A DNA stretch of 64,000 nucleotides from the NCBI GenBank assembly GCA_043381765.1, contig JBHJMP010000834.1:1-64000 (forward strand). Direction: 5' to 3'. How positions within the stretch are numbered: position 1 is the stretch's first letter; each line of letters starts with the position of its first letter. Positions 25,247-36,163 of this stretch are shown here, piece after piece. A program made the translations under genes and the position numbers. This DNA comes from Collodictyon triciliatum (taxonomy: Eukaryota). Below the pieces are notes generated by a model. The model had not been told where the DNA came from and did not search any database. It was given only the letters and a program-made list of their open reading frames with translations.

Positions 25247-26077
25247 CTACGATTTGGATTGCGTATAGGCGTCAGCCATAGCAACAAGGCGTGGTCGCTT
25301 TCTAGTTTTATAACCTTTAGTTGGTTTCCCCCAAGGCGTTACTGATGGTCTACCTTTTGATTTACCTTCTCCACCACCATGTGGATGGTCAATCGGATTC
25401 ATTGCAACCCCTCTAACAATTGGTCGTCTTCCTCTCCATCTCATTTGACCTGCTTTTCTTAATAAAGTAGGGGGCCCTGCGGAACCCACACCAATAGTTG
25501 CAATATTATCTCCATTGAGCAAAGCTGTTTCACTAGAACTTAATCGAACAAGTGAAAGGGATCCGCCCAAACGACCTGATCCATGACCGATTAATATTCC
25601 TGAACAACCACCGGATCTTATTAATTGACCTCCTTTTCCTGGTTCAAGCTCGATATTAAAAATTTTAGTTCCGATTGGAATATATTTTAAAGGAGCTGAG
25701 TCACCGGTATACAGGGCGGTGTTCGGCATTGTTCTTACTGATTTTATTGTATCTCCGGGTTTTAAACCTTCTGCTGCTAAAATATAAGAGGTCTTTATTG
25801 AATTCAGTTGGTTAGGAATGGTGGTTTCCGCTTTCTCCTTTTCTTCCACAATTAAAGCTAATTTTCCTGTTCTTGATGGATCATATTGAATATCTAAAAC
25901 GGTTGCACTTAGCTCGCTTCTCTTAAAGTCTATTATTCTATATAATCGTTTATGCCCTCCTCCTCTATGAAATGCTGTAATATGACCATGACAATTACGA
26001 CCTCCGGTTGATTTTTTACCTCTAGTTAATCTTTTTATCGGGTTATAGCGCCCTATTTGATTGATTTTTGTTTCCAT
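25247..26077 (-). CDS. rpl2: ribosomal protein L2
   Basis: HRGGGHKRLYRIIDFKR, VRGVAMNPIDHPHGGGEGK. Confidence 0.98.
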   Translation of the reverse strand: METKINQIGRYNPIKRLTRGKKSTGGRNCHGHITAFHRGGGHKRLYRIIDFKRSELSATVLDIQYDPSRTGKLALIVEEKEKAETTIPNQLNSIKTSYILAAEGLKPGDTIKSVRTMPNTALYTGDSAPLKYIPIGTKIFNIELEPGKGGQLIRSGGCSGILIGHGSGRLGGSLSLVRLSSSETALLNGDNIATIGVGSAGPPTLLRKAGQMRWRGRRPIVRGVAMNPIDHPHGGGEGKSKGRPSVTPWGKPTKGYKTRKRPRLVAMADAYTQSKS

Positions 26078-26398
26078 TTAATATATCCATTATGTCCTTT
26101 TCACCCCCTCCCTCTCACTTGCACAGAGCGAAGACGGGGCGTACGCCCACTTGTCCGCTTGATGCTGAGGTCCAGCGAAAGACGCTTCGCTCAACTGTGA
26201 ACTTTTAATGCTTTGTTTATGAAAAACGGACTGGTATGTGTTTTGATCCCAAAACAAGGAAAGCTTGCTTCCACATCCCGGTCCCAGACCTTGAAGCTAC
26301 ATAGTGGCCGGGGTGAAGGGAAGGGGAGCAAGGACCAAGCTGTCTGAGCTAACGACAGCATTGCTCCAAGCTCCTTGCCCGGTCGTTCGACCTTGCAT

Positions 26399-26472
26399 TA
26401 CGGGTAGAGGGACTTGAACCCTCAAAATTTGGAACCTAAGTCCAAAACGTCTACCAATTTCATCATACCCGT
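26399..26472 (-). tRNA. trnL: tRNA-Leu(UAG) with short variable loop
   Basis: AATTGGTAGAC D-loop, TTGGA-CTTAGGT-TCCAA, 5-nt variable region. Confidence 0.88.
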
Positions 26473-26474
26473 TA

Positions 26475-26547
26475 TAGGCAATAACAGACTTGAACTGCTA
26501 ACCTTCTCGGTGTAAACGAGTTGCTCTACCAATTGAGCTAATTGCCC
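26475..26547 (-). tRNA. trnV: tRNA-Val(UAC)
   Basis: cloverleaf, anticodon TAC. Confidence 0.95.
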
Positions 26548-27163
26548 TTTTTTTTTTCGCTTTCATACACACACGGAGCGTTGTTCTCTCTGCTCAATGG
26601 AAACTTGTCGAGCGAAGAATGGGGTTCACTATGAACCAGCTGCTGCCCGAAGGAAAGAAGAGACGGCTTCGCTCTACGGCCCCCGGAACGACTGTTTCCC
26701 ACTCTCCGCTCCGTAACGACCGTTTGACAGCAACGAAGGGTTCGGGCCTAATGTACACTCATCCTGCCTACAATGTGGGCAATGTTTGGGCCGTAGACCC
26801 GGACCAGTTGTTGATTCCCCGTCGAACTCCCGTCATGAACCTTTATTCCCCACCTTGCATGTAGGTAAAAACTCTCCGGGGTCAAGGTTGTCGGTTCATT
26901 GTGAACTGGCTTTGCCTTCGAAAGACGGGGTCAAGGTTGTCGCTCGACAGCCAATCGTTCCCCCACCTTGACCCCAGCGAACACCCGCGTCAACGACCGG
27001 TGCAATGCGCTTGAGGGGTCAGGCTACGGGCGGCTGCTGCGGCCCACCCAAAGGCCTTCACGAGCGAAAGAAAGAGCGAAAAACGAGCTCGGAGAGGGTC
27101 CGGCGAACAATATTTGTTCCCTACTCAGAGTGAAACGACTCCGCTCCGCTCCGCTCCGGCTTT

Positions 27164-27493
27164 TTAAAAAATCGATATACGGCTAAGGTTACCTCCTAAT
27201 AGTAGATGCTTTAATTTTTGGGTAAGGATAAACGTCTGCGCTTGTTTTGCAGGCAGCTGCTGCCAAACTATTCGGAATCTTAATAAGAGATAATTATTAG
27301 CTTTTATTCGAGAAAATCTTATTCTTTGATGGATCAATATTATACAATGTGGATATTCATCTCGTAATTTATGAAACTGAATTAAAAGACTAATTAGGGA
27401 AGCACCGGGCTTCGGGGGGGGATTATTAATTTTTCCGGTACGCGATGCAAGGTCGTTACGGGGGGCCCCTTCTTTAATTAATAATTCGTACAT
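27164..27493 (-). CDS. unidentified basic ORF109, downstream of atp9
   Basis: ATG start, AT-rich codons like the true genes, GC-rich insert near the N-terminus. Confidence 0.5.
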   Translation of the reverse strand: MYELLIKEGAPRNDLASRTGKINNPPPKPGASLISLLIQFHKLRDEYPHCIILIHQRIRFSRIKANNYLLLRFRIVWQQLPAKQAQTFILTQKLKHLLLGGNLSRISIF

Positions 27494-27633
27494 GTCGCGG
27501 TTTTTCTCTAAGGGGGGGGAAAGACGCTACGCTTCAAGCAAGGGAAAAGGCGGTCGTAACGACCTCCTAACTTGGATCCTTCAGGGGGGTAAAAGGGGCT
27601 GACCCATCACCCCCCCAGTGGCTCGGCTGCGCC

Positions 27634-27924
<291 letters not shown>

Positions 27925-28046
27925 CTATATTTTATATACCCTTAATGCAAGGTCGAACGGCCGGGGGAGGAGAGAAGCGAAACTGGAAAACGGTCGTTTT
28001 CTTCTTTGCTCCTCTGCTTTTCGCTCGCGGGGGCCAAGGTGCCCCT

Positions 28047-28793
28047 TTAACGGTAAGTCACTATTTCTTTTTTAATTTGAGCAATAACTTTAGCAGGATT
28101 TAAATGTTTAGGGCAAGTTTTAGTACAATTCATTATTGTATGACAACGATATAATTTAAATGGATCTTCTAATGCTTTTAATCTTTCTTTTTTATATTGA
28201 TCTCTACTATCTGCAATCCATCTATAAGCTTGTAATAAAATAGCTGGTCCTAAATATTTATCAGGATTCCACCAATAACTAGGGCAACTTGTTGAACAAC
28301 AAGCACAAAGGATACACTCATATAAACCATCTAATTTTTTTCTATCTTCTACAGATTGATAACGTTCTCGTAATTGTGTAGTAGAACCAGGTTCACTATG
28401 AGGAATATCCCCTTGTTCATTCGGAGAACCTATTAACCAAGGTTTAATTGAGCGATATTGATTGTAGAAATTTGTTAAATCGGTTACTAGATCTCTAATA
28501 ACATACATATGAGGTAATGGATAAATTTTACAATCCTTATCAACCGGAATTTTTTTTAAACAAGCTAAAGAATTAGTTCCATTAATATTCATGGCACAAC
28601 TACCACAAATACCTTCTCTACAAGACCGTCTAAAAGTTAATGTAGGGTCTTGTTCATTTTTTATTTTAATTAAAGCATCTAAAACCATTGGACCACATTC
28701 TTTTAAATTAATATCGTATGATTGAACTCTATAATTTGTTCCTTCGTTTTCAAGGTCATTAATGTCCCAACGATAAATATTAAATTTTACCAT
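28047..28793 (-). CDS. sdh2: succinate dehydrogenase Fe-S subunit
   Basis: [38 protein letters not shown]. Confidence 0.99.
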   Translation of the reverse strand: MVKFNIYRWDINDLENEGTNYRVQSYDINLKECGPMVLDALIKIKNEQDPTLTFRRSCREGICGSCAMNINGTNSLACLKKIPVDKDCKIYPLPHMYVIRDLVTDLTNFYNQYRSIKPWLIGSPNEQGDIPHSEPGSTTQLRERYQSVEDRKKLDGLYECILCACCSTSCPSYWWNPDKYLGPAILLQAYRWIADSRDQYKKERLKALEDPFKLYRCHTIMNCTKTCPKHLNPAKVIAQIKKEIVTYR

Positions 28794-28889
28794 CTTTTAT
28801 TTCCTTATTTTATTATACTATACTAGCGATCAATGCAAGAAGGGGGCGGGGTACAGGGCTACGCCCAGTGGATCGGTCATTATGACCTT

Positions 28890-28962
28890 TAACGGTAGAG
28901 GGACTTGAACCCACGACGTATGGATTATGATTCCATTGTTCTACCAACTGAACTATACCGTT
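28890..28962 (-). tRNA. trnM: tRNA-Met(CAU), probably elongator
   Basis: cloverleaf, anticodon CAT, no GGG/CCC initiator anticodon stem. Confidence 0.88.
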
Positions 28963-29129
28963 ATTAACCAAAGACTAACCCACTTGTTATCGGGCTGGTT
29001 CTTGAGGTCGGACCGCCCGTGAAGCGTATGAAGCGTAGCGTCTTTTCCCCCCTTCTCGCTTTGCTCTACGTCCCCGCGCCCCCCCGCTCACCCATTTGTT
29101 AGAGGGAACGGGGACTGAACCCTCGTTTT

Positions 29130-29221
29130 TGGAAGAAAGGAGATTCGAACTCCTGAAAGGGGCTACGGCACCCTTTTACGATTTAGCAAACCGCCGCTAT
29201 AGACCACTCAGCCATTCTTCC
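29130..29221 (-). tRNA. trnS: tRNA-Ser(GCU)
   Basis: anticodon GCT, long variable arm. Confidence 0.95.
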
Positions 29222-29443
29222 CTATTGGGTGTTCCCCAGTACAACTACCTTCTCGAGAGGAAAGGAAAATGCGCTTCTTTTTATTTATAAAAGAATAAGC
29301 TGGACTATCAAGTAAGGGGAAAATGCAAGGTCCAACGGCTTTTCCCGGGACCGCGTTCGAAAGCTTGGTCCACGAACGGCACAAACAGGTTGTACAAAAT
29401 CTCGAATGCCGAAGTTGACGGGAGTGCTTATCTACTATGACCT

Positions 29444-29528
29444 TGAAGGAGGAAGGATTTGAACCTCCGTAGAAATAAATTTCGATAGATTTACAGTCTA
29501 TTGCTTTTGACCGCTCAGCCACTCCTTC
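29444..29528 (-). tRNA. trnY: tRNA-Tyr(GUA)
   Basis: anticodon GTA, long variable arm. Confidence 0.95.
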
Positions 29529-30225
29529 TAAAAAATAATGGTAAAAATAACGAGGCAAAGCCGAAAATAATTAAACCACCCAGAACCCAGACCTCTTGAT
29601 AAATGGAGAAAATTATTATTGGTATATTAAGGGGAATTAATAGAATAGGTAAGATAGAGGTCATTGTAGAAGGCTTTCCGCTACTCTGTTTTTCTATACC
29701 AGTAGCAATTTCAAGTAATATCAGTTGATTTAAGCTACTTAAAAGAAAAGTTAATGAGGGGCTGGCGGCAAGTTGGTTCATTATGAATGCGGGGAAAATA
29801 AGATTTTCCGGTTGTCCCAACAGTCGTTCCTCCCCTGGTTCATTACAATGGAGCGAAGCGGGGTGGTTCATTTCACCATCCCATTGTTCGGTGCTTTTTT
29901 CAATATTCCCATTGAGCATAATATAATCACAGATACTTAAAGGAATAATAATAAAAATGGTGTCTAACAGCAATCTGAACCCCGTTCTCAATGGTAAAGG
30001 AATAGGAATGATATCCCTCCGGTCAGTCCAACCTGACAAGGGGAAACCTCCATTTCCATTTAGCCGACTAAATAATATTGCCCAAAAACAACAAATCCAT
30101 TTTATCTGGGACCCCTCGTAGTGTAAAGAGGGGGATAATCCGGCTAGAATAACATTAAATAGAAAAAGATTACTTAAATAAAAAATAATCGTTTTTAAGG
30201 ACATTGTGACCGAACCTTTTAACAT
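29515..30225 (-). CDS. ccmB: heme exporter membrane subunit CcmB (divergent)
   Basis: hydrophobic; C-terminal ILPILLIPLNIPIIIFS matches the CcmB L...L.LPL..P..IF motif. Confidence 0.75.
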   Translation of the reverse strand: MLKGSVTMSLKTIIFYLSNLFLFNVILAGLSPSLHYEGSQIKWICCFWAILFSRLNGNGGFPLSGWTDRRDIIPIPLPLRTGFRLLLDTIFIIIPLSICDYIMLNGNIEKSTEQWDGEMNHPASLHCNEPGEERLLGQPENLIFPAFIMNQLAASPSLTFLLSSLNQLILLEIATGIEKQSSGKPSTMTSILPILLIPLNIPIIIFSIYQEVWVLGGLIIFGFASLFLPLFFRRSG

Positions 30226-30402
30226 AATAGTTATTCATTTGATACGGGCTGCGGGATGATGCAGCGGATTAACTCGCTTTACTATTATATACTGGCATTA
30301 TTTAAGCCGCTTTGCTCGATAGGCCACACTCGGCTCGACGCCGGGACCGGGAAAACGGTCGTTACGACCTTGTTCCCAGTCCCTGATACACTTTGCTTGA
30401 TC

Positions 30403-30966
30403 TCACCCCAGATCCCGTTTTTTAAGATTTGAAACTCGATCGATCGCTCTAGCTATTATTTTATTTCTTTGATGGCTATCCCCTCCTTGTTTAGATGATG
30501 GAAAGCGCCCTCTCATTAGATTTCGGGTACCAATGATAACCTCTTTTTGTATTGTAGCTAATATTGCAAATTCCTCAGCTTTAATTGATTCTAAATGTGA
30601 TGTAATTCTTGTTTGAATTTGATAAGCTGCAGCTGCTTGATTATAAGATCGGAGTAATGAAAGTGAAGCGTTCACTAATTGGAATAAATCATTAGCTGGG
30701 TCATTAGCACCACTTTTTGCTCTTTCTCTGTGATAACCTGCTAACTCAACCAATATTTTTTTTTGACGGTTTAGGCCTTCTTCGTATTGTTGTTTAATTA
30801 AATTTGCTCTAGATTCTAATTGATCGATTACTTGAGAACTTAAACTTTGTTCACCATACAGAGCGACAGCAGCAGCTGCCATTGCAACTAATAATTTTTC
30901 ATTTAAAACGATTAGGCCTTTGGCCACTGAGATAAAAATTAGATAAAAAATTAAAGCTTGCTTCAT
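30403..30966 (-). CDS. atp4: ATP synthase subunit b (Atp4)
   Basis: SVAKGLIVLNEKLLVA N-terminal motif, coiled-coil; follows atp8. Confidence 0.85.
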   Translation of the reverse strand: MKQALIFYLIFISVAKGLIVLNEKLLVAMAAAAVALYGEQSLSSQVIDQLESRANLIKQQYEEGLNRQKKILVELAGYHRERAKSGANDPANDLFQLVNASLSLLRSYNQAAAAYQIQTRITSHLESIKAEEFAILATIQKEVIIGTRNLMRGRFPSSKQGGDSHQRNKIIARAIDRVSNLKKRDLG

Positions 30967-31338
30967 TGTTATTTTTATTTATTCGGGGGCCAGCCCGGCC
31001 GGGCCGGCCCGGCCGGTGTTTTGGGTGTCACCCCTCCGACACGCGTTACGCTGGGACCGCAACTGGTCATGCCTTTTTGCGGGGAACACGGTCATGTATT
31101 GCTCCAAGCTCCTTGGTTCCCTATTGACGCAGTTGGCCTGTTCGCTGCTCTTTGTTGTCAACGAGTGGAGCGACGACTGGGGGAAGCGTGGGGAATAGAG
31201 TTTGTAACAACTCGCATGCAACTGGCTGAAGGAGTTGTCCAGGATTGCTGCTTTGTAACAACTGGTCAGAAAAAGGGGTGGAAAGGCTTCATAATGTCTG
31301 CCTTTTACACCTCCTCTTTACGAATTAACAACAGAAAG

Positions 31339-31740
31339 TCATTTTCGGATAAGTTGAATTAAACCTTTTCGGATAAGGCAAAGCCGAATCAATGTATTTA
31401 AATATGGACGACTTGATACGGAAAGCGAAGTGTCCTTGGAGTCATTGTCTGATCCGTGGCTTGGGTGACCGGGGAACGCAGCTTCCCGCGCTTCTCCTAA
31501 AATTGAATTTGCAGTCACTATGACTTTTTTTAATGAATGTGGCGATGCCTCTTGTCCATTTAATTCAATTTTAAAATCTTCGGCAATGGCGTCCAATTTT
31601 TTTAACGATTTATTTCGTAGTTTTAAGATTTTGGCTGTGTCAGTCAAATTTCTTTTAACAATAATAAAATAAAAAAGAATAAAACTTGAAATGAGCGTAG
31701 CGACTTGACTAAAATAAGTTACTTTATCTAATTGAGGCAT
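31339..31740 (-). CDS. atp8: ATP synthase subunit 8
   Basis: MPQLDKVTYFSQ...ILKLRNK. Confidence 0.95.
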   Translation of the reverse strand: MPQLDKVTYFSQVATLISSFILFYFIIVKRNLTDTAKILKLRNKSLKKLDAIAEDFKIELNGQEASPHSLKKVIVTANSILGEAREAAFPGHPSHGSDNDSKDTSLSVSSRPYLNTLIRLCLIRKGLIQLIRK

Positions 31741-32155
31741 TTAATAAATCCATATCTTATTATACAAGGCCGGAGAGTTTTTCCCGCATTTCCTAAGCTG
31801 CAAGTCAAACAACCTCTATGAATTGGTCTCAAGCGCATTTAGCTCGTGTGTGTTGATTGATGCGGGCCCGGGTAGGTATAAGCTACGGGGCATAGCCCCT
31901 TGTTCATAAGACACGGGCTCATGTAGTGGTCTCTATGACTGCGTGTGTGTGTGTTTTATAATGCGGTTGTTACGACCTCCCTTCAGCGTGTGAACCCTAC
32001 CTCATTATCGGCTTAAACACTAACACCCTATAGCTGGCCCTCCCCATTAGGGGAGGGCCAGGAATGGGACCAAGTGTTGGGCCGGAGAGTTTTCGAAGCC
32101 CGTTCGCTCCTCGATGCTGGCCGAGCAAAGCGTTTCACTATGACCTTGGACCGGC

Positions 32156-32516
32156 TTATTGAGAAATGGCCCAATTATAAAATTCTTCAAAAGGCATAGC
32201 TTTAATTTTAATAGGCATAAACCCGTGATTTACACCACATATTTCGCTACATTGACCATAGAATGTACCTGGTCGTTTGATAAATATAGATGTTTGATTT
32301 AATCTACCAGGAACAGCATCCATTTTAACACCTAATGATGGTATAGCCCAGCTATGTAAAACATCACTAGCAGTTACTAAAACTCTAATATGAGTATTTG
32401 TTGGTAATACTAAAGGATTATCTACTTCTAATAATCGAAGTTGTCCTTTTTCTAAATCATTTTCTGAGATCATATAAGAATCAAATGAAATAAAACCAAT
32501 TTCATCAGAATACTCA
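32156..32516 (-). CDS. cox2: cox2 exon 2 (trans-spliced)
   Basis: (Y)EYSD...LRLLEVDN...DVLHSW...[18 protein letters not shown]+T restores Tyr of WYWSYEYSD. Confidence 0.96.
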
Positions 32517-32545
32517 ATGAAAGTAAAATATCTTAGAAGCGCATA
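32517..32545 (-). mobile_element. 3' fragment of cox2 intron: only the branch-point strand of DVI
   Basis: TGCGCTT-CTAAG-ATATTTT-A-CTTTC-AT complementary to 11754-11779; no DV nearby. Confidence 0.85.
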
Positions 32546-32819
32546 CACCGTCTCTTCTTTCCCCGGGAGCTGTGCAAGGAAGTAAGGATCTAGCCCCTAA
32601 CTGTGGACAATTTCTAACAGGCCACCTGGACAGAGGCCTGCTAACGACTGTGGACTACTCCTAACTGGCCTTCGGCCTGTTGAACGAAGCGACTTCCTTC
32701 GTTTTTTTTTTCTCACCTATCTGGCCTTCGGCCTGTGGAGTGAGAGCGACACCGTCTCAGAAAGGACCTTTCAGCCCCATAGTGAAACGCTTCCGCTCAT
32801 TATCGCCGGAGCAAGGTCA

Positions 32820-33848
32820 TCAAGGTGGAAAATCGTATCCTGACAGATACGGACGTAAGCTCCGTCCGCTTGAACGTGGCGTAGACAGGCCAGCCGCGTC
32901 GTCCTTCAGCCCATTTTCCCCGAGCGAACCATTCCTTCCTTTTATTTTTTTGGAAAGGGCATATTCTTTTATTATACCAAGAATTGACACCAACGGACCT
33001 AACCATATTAATATCTGATATGGATTATAAATTATTTTTAGATTCCAACCGTTTAAAATATTTCCCTCCCCTAAATAACAATAAAGATCACTTATTAAAT
33101 TTGAATGAATTTCAATTTTAGAAATTAAAAGGTTTTGAGTATAATAATAACGTTTTTCAGGAAAAAGGGCGATTGCGCCCCCCTTTGTTATTAGTCCACC
33201 ATATAAGGAAAAATAATTTGGTCCATGGGCAGCAGCAGCCCCTCTAAACACCAAATAATTGTCTGAATGGGGGAGGTTCACGATGAACTGATTAGGGCAA
33301 AGTCCAATCTGACTAATAATTTCTACTTTATTTATATCATTTAAGATCACTCCCAATATTCCCAAAAGTAACCCATAATGTCCTAAATGAAAGTTGGAAC
33401 GATTCTGACAAACCAAACCAATTATTAAACTTAACAAAAAACTATAAAAAAGGGGCATGGGTTCACAATGAACCCGTAATATAATAAATATTCCTAAAAT
33501 TTCTAAAATCGAGCCGCTTGTGACCATTCGCTCGTTTTCTACTTTGACCTTGCTTCTGCTCAGCAGTAATAAAATATTTGGTATAAAAGGTATCGTTGTT
33601 TTGATAAAAAAAGATTCTCCAATAGAGATATCTCTACCAATCAAAAAATAAAAAATAATAGGAGCTAACGTTCCAAAAGTAATGGCCGTTACCACCAATA
33701 TTAATATAATATTTAATAAGTATAATGGGAAGGGATATCGTTTGGCTATGCCTGTCTCGAAATAAGCAGGACCATTATTATAAGCCAGTGTGTTTATACG
33801 GTCTGTCCCCATTACCCCATTACCTTTTATATTTGCTCTAAAATTCAT
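32820..33848 (-). CDS. ccmFC: CcmF C-terminal part
   Basis: GTLAPI..GRDISIGESFF, HLGHYG, GPNY, LFPEKRYY, SDLY..LGE, PYQILIWLG. Confidence 0.92.
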   Translation of the reverse strand: MNFRANIKGNGVMGTDRINTLAYNNGPAYFETGIAKRYPFPLYLLNIILILVVTAITFGTLAPIIFYFLIGRDISIGESFFIKTTIPFIPNILLLLSRSKVKVENERMVTSGSILEILGIFIILRVHCEPMPLFYSFLLSLIIGLVCQNRSNFHLGHYGLLLGILGVILNDINKVEIISQIGLCPNQFIVNLPHSDNYLVFRGAAAAHGPNYFSLYGGLITKGGAIALFPEKRYYYTQNLLISKIEIHSNLISDLYCYLGEGNILNGWNLKIIYNPYQILIWLGPLVSILGIIKEYALSKKIKGRNGSLGENGLKDDAAGLSTPRSSGRSLRPYLSGYDFPP

Positions 33849-33992
33849 ATTCGAATAGGTTTAAAACAACGAACGACCGGGTTTCACTTCCCCCCTTCGC
33901 TGCACTTCTCCCTCTCGTCTGCGCATTTAGAGGGCAAGCGTTCCAGCGTGTGACCGTCTCCAAGAAGAACAACTGTTGCCCCCTCTGCCAAC

Positions 33993-34065
33993 GGCTAAAT
34001 CGTATAATTGGCTATTACAAAGAACTGCAAATTCTTTAATGATGGTTCAAATCCATCTTTAGCCT
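33993..34065 (+). tRNA. trnC: tRNA-Cys(GCA)
   Basis: cloverleaf, anticodon GCA. Confidence 0.93.
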
Positions 34066-34670
34066 ATAATCGGCAGCAAACAAAAGGGAAAAGAGTGGGG
34101 AACCGGGTGTGTGTGAATAGTGACAAGCGGGAAAAGAGGTCGGGGTTGTAAGGAGGGGCTGAGCGTTGTCTCTCTCGCTACAAGCGGTTACCTTTTCGTT
34201 CCTTAAAGTTCGCAGCGAACGTGCTATGAGATAATGCGGTTCTTTGTCACACAGGTCGTTCGTTCGATGGGGATGCCGGGAGAGGAGAGAAAAACAAGGT
34301 CCGGGACCGCGTCATTGTCCAACCGGCTTGGGGCGTACGCCCACTTTTTTCCCCTGCCAAGCGTGTGGGACGGGAGGCAAAGAATCAGTTCACAATGAAG
34401 CGTCTTTCACCCCGGCTTTTCATACCATTCGAGCGTCCCTCTCCAAAAGGTAACGAGTGACCGGTCTTTGTTCTGCCTCGGCTGGGCAGGGTCCAAGCCC
34501 CCATGTCCAACGGCTTTTCCCTTGCCGCGTTTTAGTATAAAAGGGGGGCACACGGTCGTTAGCTCCGACAGCTTGAGGGGAATATACATAGCGAACGTCC
34601 TCTCGTTATTATTGGGTCCAAGCAAGGGGGGCGAAGCAAGGACGCGAAGCTCCGGATCGATGAATAAAAA

Positions 34671-35087
34671 ATGAAAAGACCACCTTCGGGCGTACGCCCA
34701 CTTTCTCCACATTTATCAATTTATTCAACACAAGTAACATCTGCTTTTTCTATATTACATCGAGGAACTGGTATATTTTTAACTTTAGTATTATTCGCCG
34801 CTATCTTTTCTCTTGATTTTATTAGCTATGGGTTTCCCAATTATTCAATCTGGAGGGTGAGCTCAGCCTTCACTACCGGACTAGCAGCGGAAGTCATTTC
34901 TGCTTTAATGGTTGCAGCTATCAGTTTTGCTTTATTTTTACATCTTTTAACTGGTATAAGACATTTAATATGGGATTGGATGCTATTTGGTTTTGATTTA
35001 AAACAAGCCGAGCTATCCGCTCAAATTATTTCTTTTTTAGCCTTCTTTTTAACTTTCTTAACGTTATTTCATTATTTAGAATTCTAA
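34671..35087 (+). CDS. sdh3: succinate dehydrogenase subunit 3
   Basis: RPLSPHLSIY, SILHRGTG, HLLTGIRHLIWD. Confidence 0.97.
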   Translation: MKRPPSGVRPLSPHLSIYSTQVTSAFSILHRGTGIFLTLVLFAAIFSLDFISYGFPNYSIWRVSSAFTTGLAAEVISALMVAAISFALFLHLLTGIRHLIWDWMLFGFDLKQAELSAQIISFLAFFLTFLTLFHYLEF

Positions 35088-35251
35088 AGCGGCTGTTCGC
35101 TCCCACTTCGCTCAAGCTTTCATAGTGACCGTAACCGCATTATGCTTCTAGCTCCGACTGGCCTCCGGCCGAAGCTGCTTATACGCTGCGTTTCCCTTAG
35201 GTTGGGCATATCCACCGCTCCCCAAAAAAGGAGCATATTGGCAAGACCGTA

Positions 35252-35602
35252 ATGACAAGCTCTTTAATATGGATTTTAGAACGATTAACAGCATCGGCTT
35301 TAGCCGCTATATTATTATTTACAGTTGGTGCTGGATTACTTGGACCAGCCAATAATAATTTTGATACAGGCGCACCATACATTTTAAGTGAGGTTTTAAT
35401 GTCAGCATCAAGTGGAATGCACTTTCAATGGAGTTTGATATTTTCTATTGGGTTATGTATTTTATTTGTGCATATATTTTTAGGATTACTTTCTATAATG
35501 GAAGATTACATCCATGATTCACACATCTTTAAAGCTCTGGTTATAGTTATAACCGTATTCCTAATCAAGGTTATAGTAACAGGGTGGGGTCACATTATTT
35601 AA
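35252..35602 (+). CDS. sdh4: succinate dehydrogenase subunit 4
   Basis: WILERLTA, HIFLGLLSIMEDYIH. Confidence 0.93.
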   Translation: MTSSLIWILERLTASALAAILLFTVGAGLLGPANNNFDTGAPYILSEVLMSASSGMHFQWSLIFSIGLCILFVHIFLGLLSIMEDYIHDSHIFKALVIVITVFLIKVIVTGWGHII

Positions 35603-36050
35603 AATCGGGGGGGACAGCTGAGGCGTTGCGGCGAATCACCTTACTTAACGAGGCGAAGCCGACCCCTGTGACCTCCCCCGGAATGCGCTTCCAACCATAA
35701 ATAACTCACTTCGTTCTACACAGGGTTGGGGGCAGAGGAGGCCGCATTCTTTTCTCAGTTGGCTGTTGAGCGAACGAGCGAAGTACTCACTTCCCTCGCT
35801 TAGAAGCTTTCACAAGGAGCTTGATGACCTTGAGCGAAGCGTGAATGTAGTGGGCTCCATCAACACACACGCGATCCCAGTGTAACACGTGTAGGAGGGC
35901 CCCCTTCTCCCCCTCAGCCCCTTGGTCCAAGAGCTAACGACCGGGCGAAGCAGCATAATGATGAGGCAAAGCCGGTATATGAACCTTTGACAAGCATGTT
36001 AAAGGCAAGGTCACCTGTTCACTATGAACAAGAGTTGGGTCAAGAAAAGC

Positions 36051-36125
36051 GTACTTTCTACTTTCTACATTCTACTTTCTACATTCTACTTTCTACATTC
36101 TACTTTCTACATTCTACATTCTACA
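36051..36125. repeat. TTCTAC[AT] heptamer tandem repeat
   Basis: directly visible downstream of nad4. Confidence 0.9.
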
Positions 36126-36163
36126 ATGGGGGCACGTGTCCCCCACAGGTTATAATGATTGTT

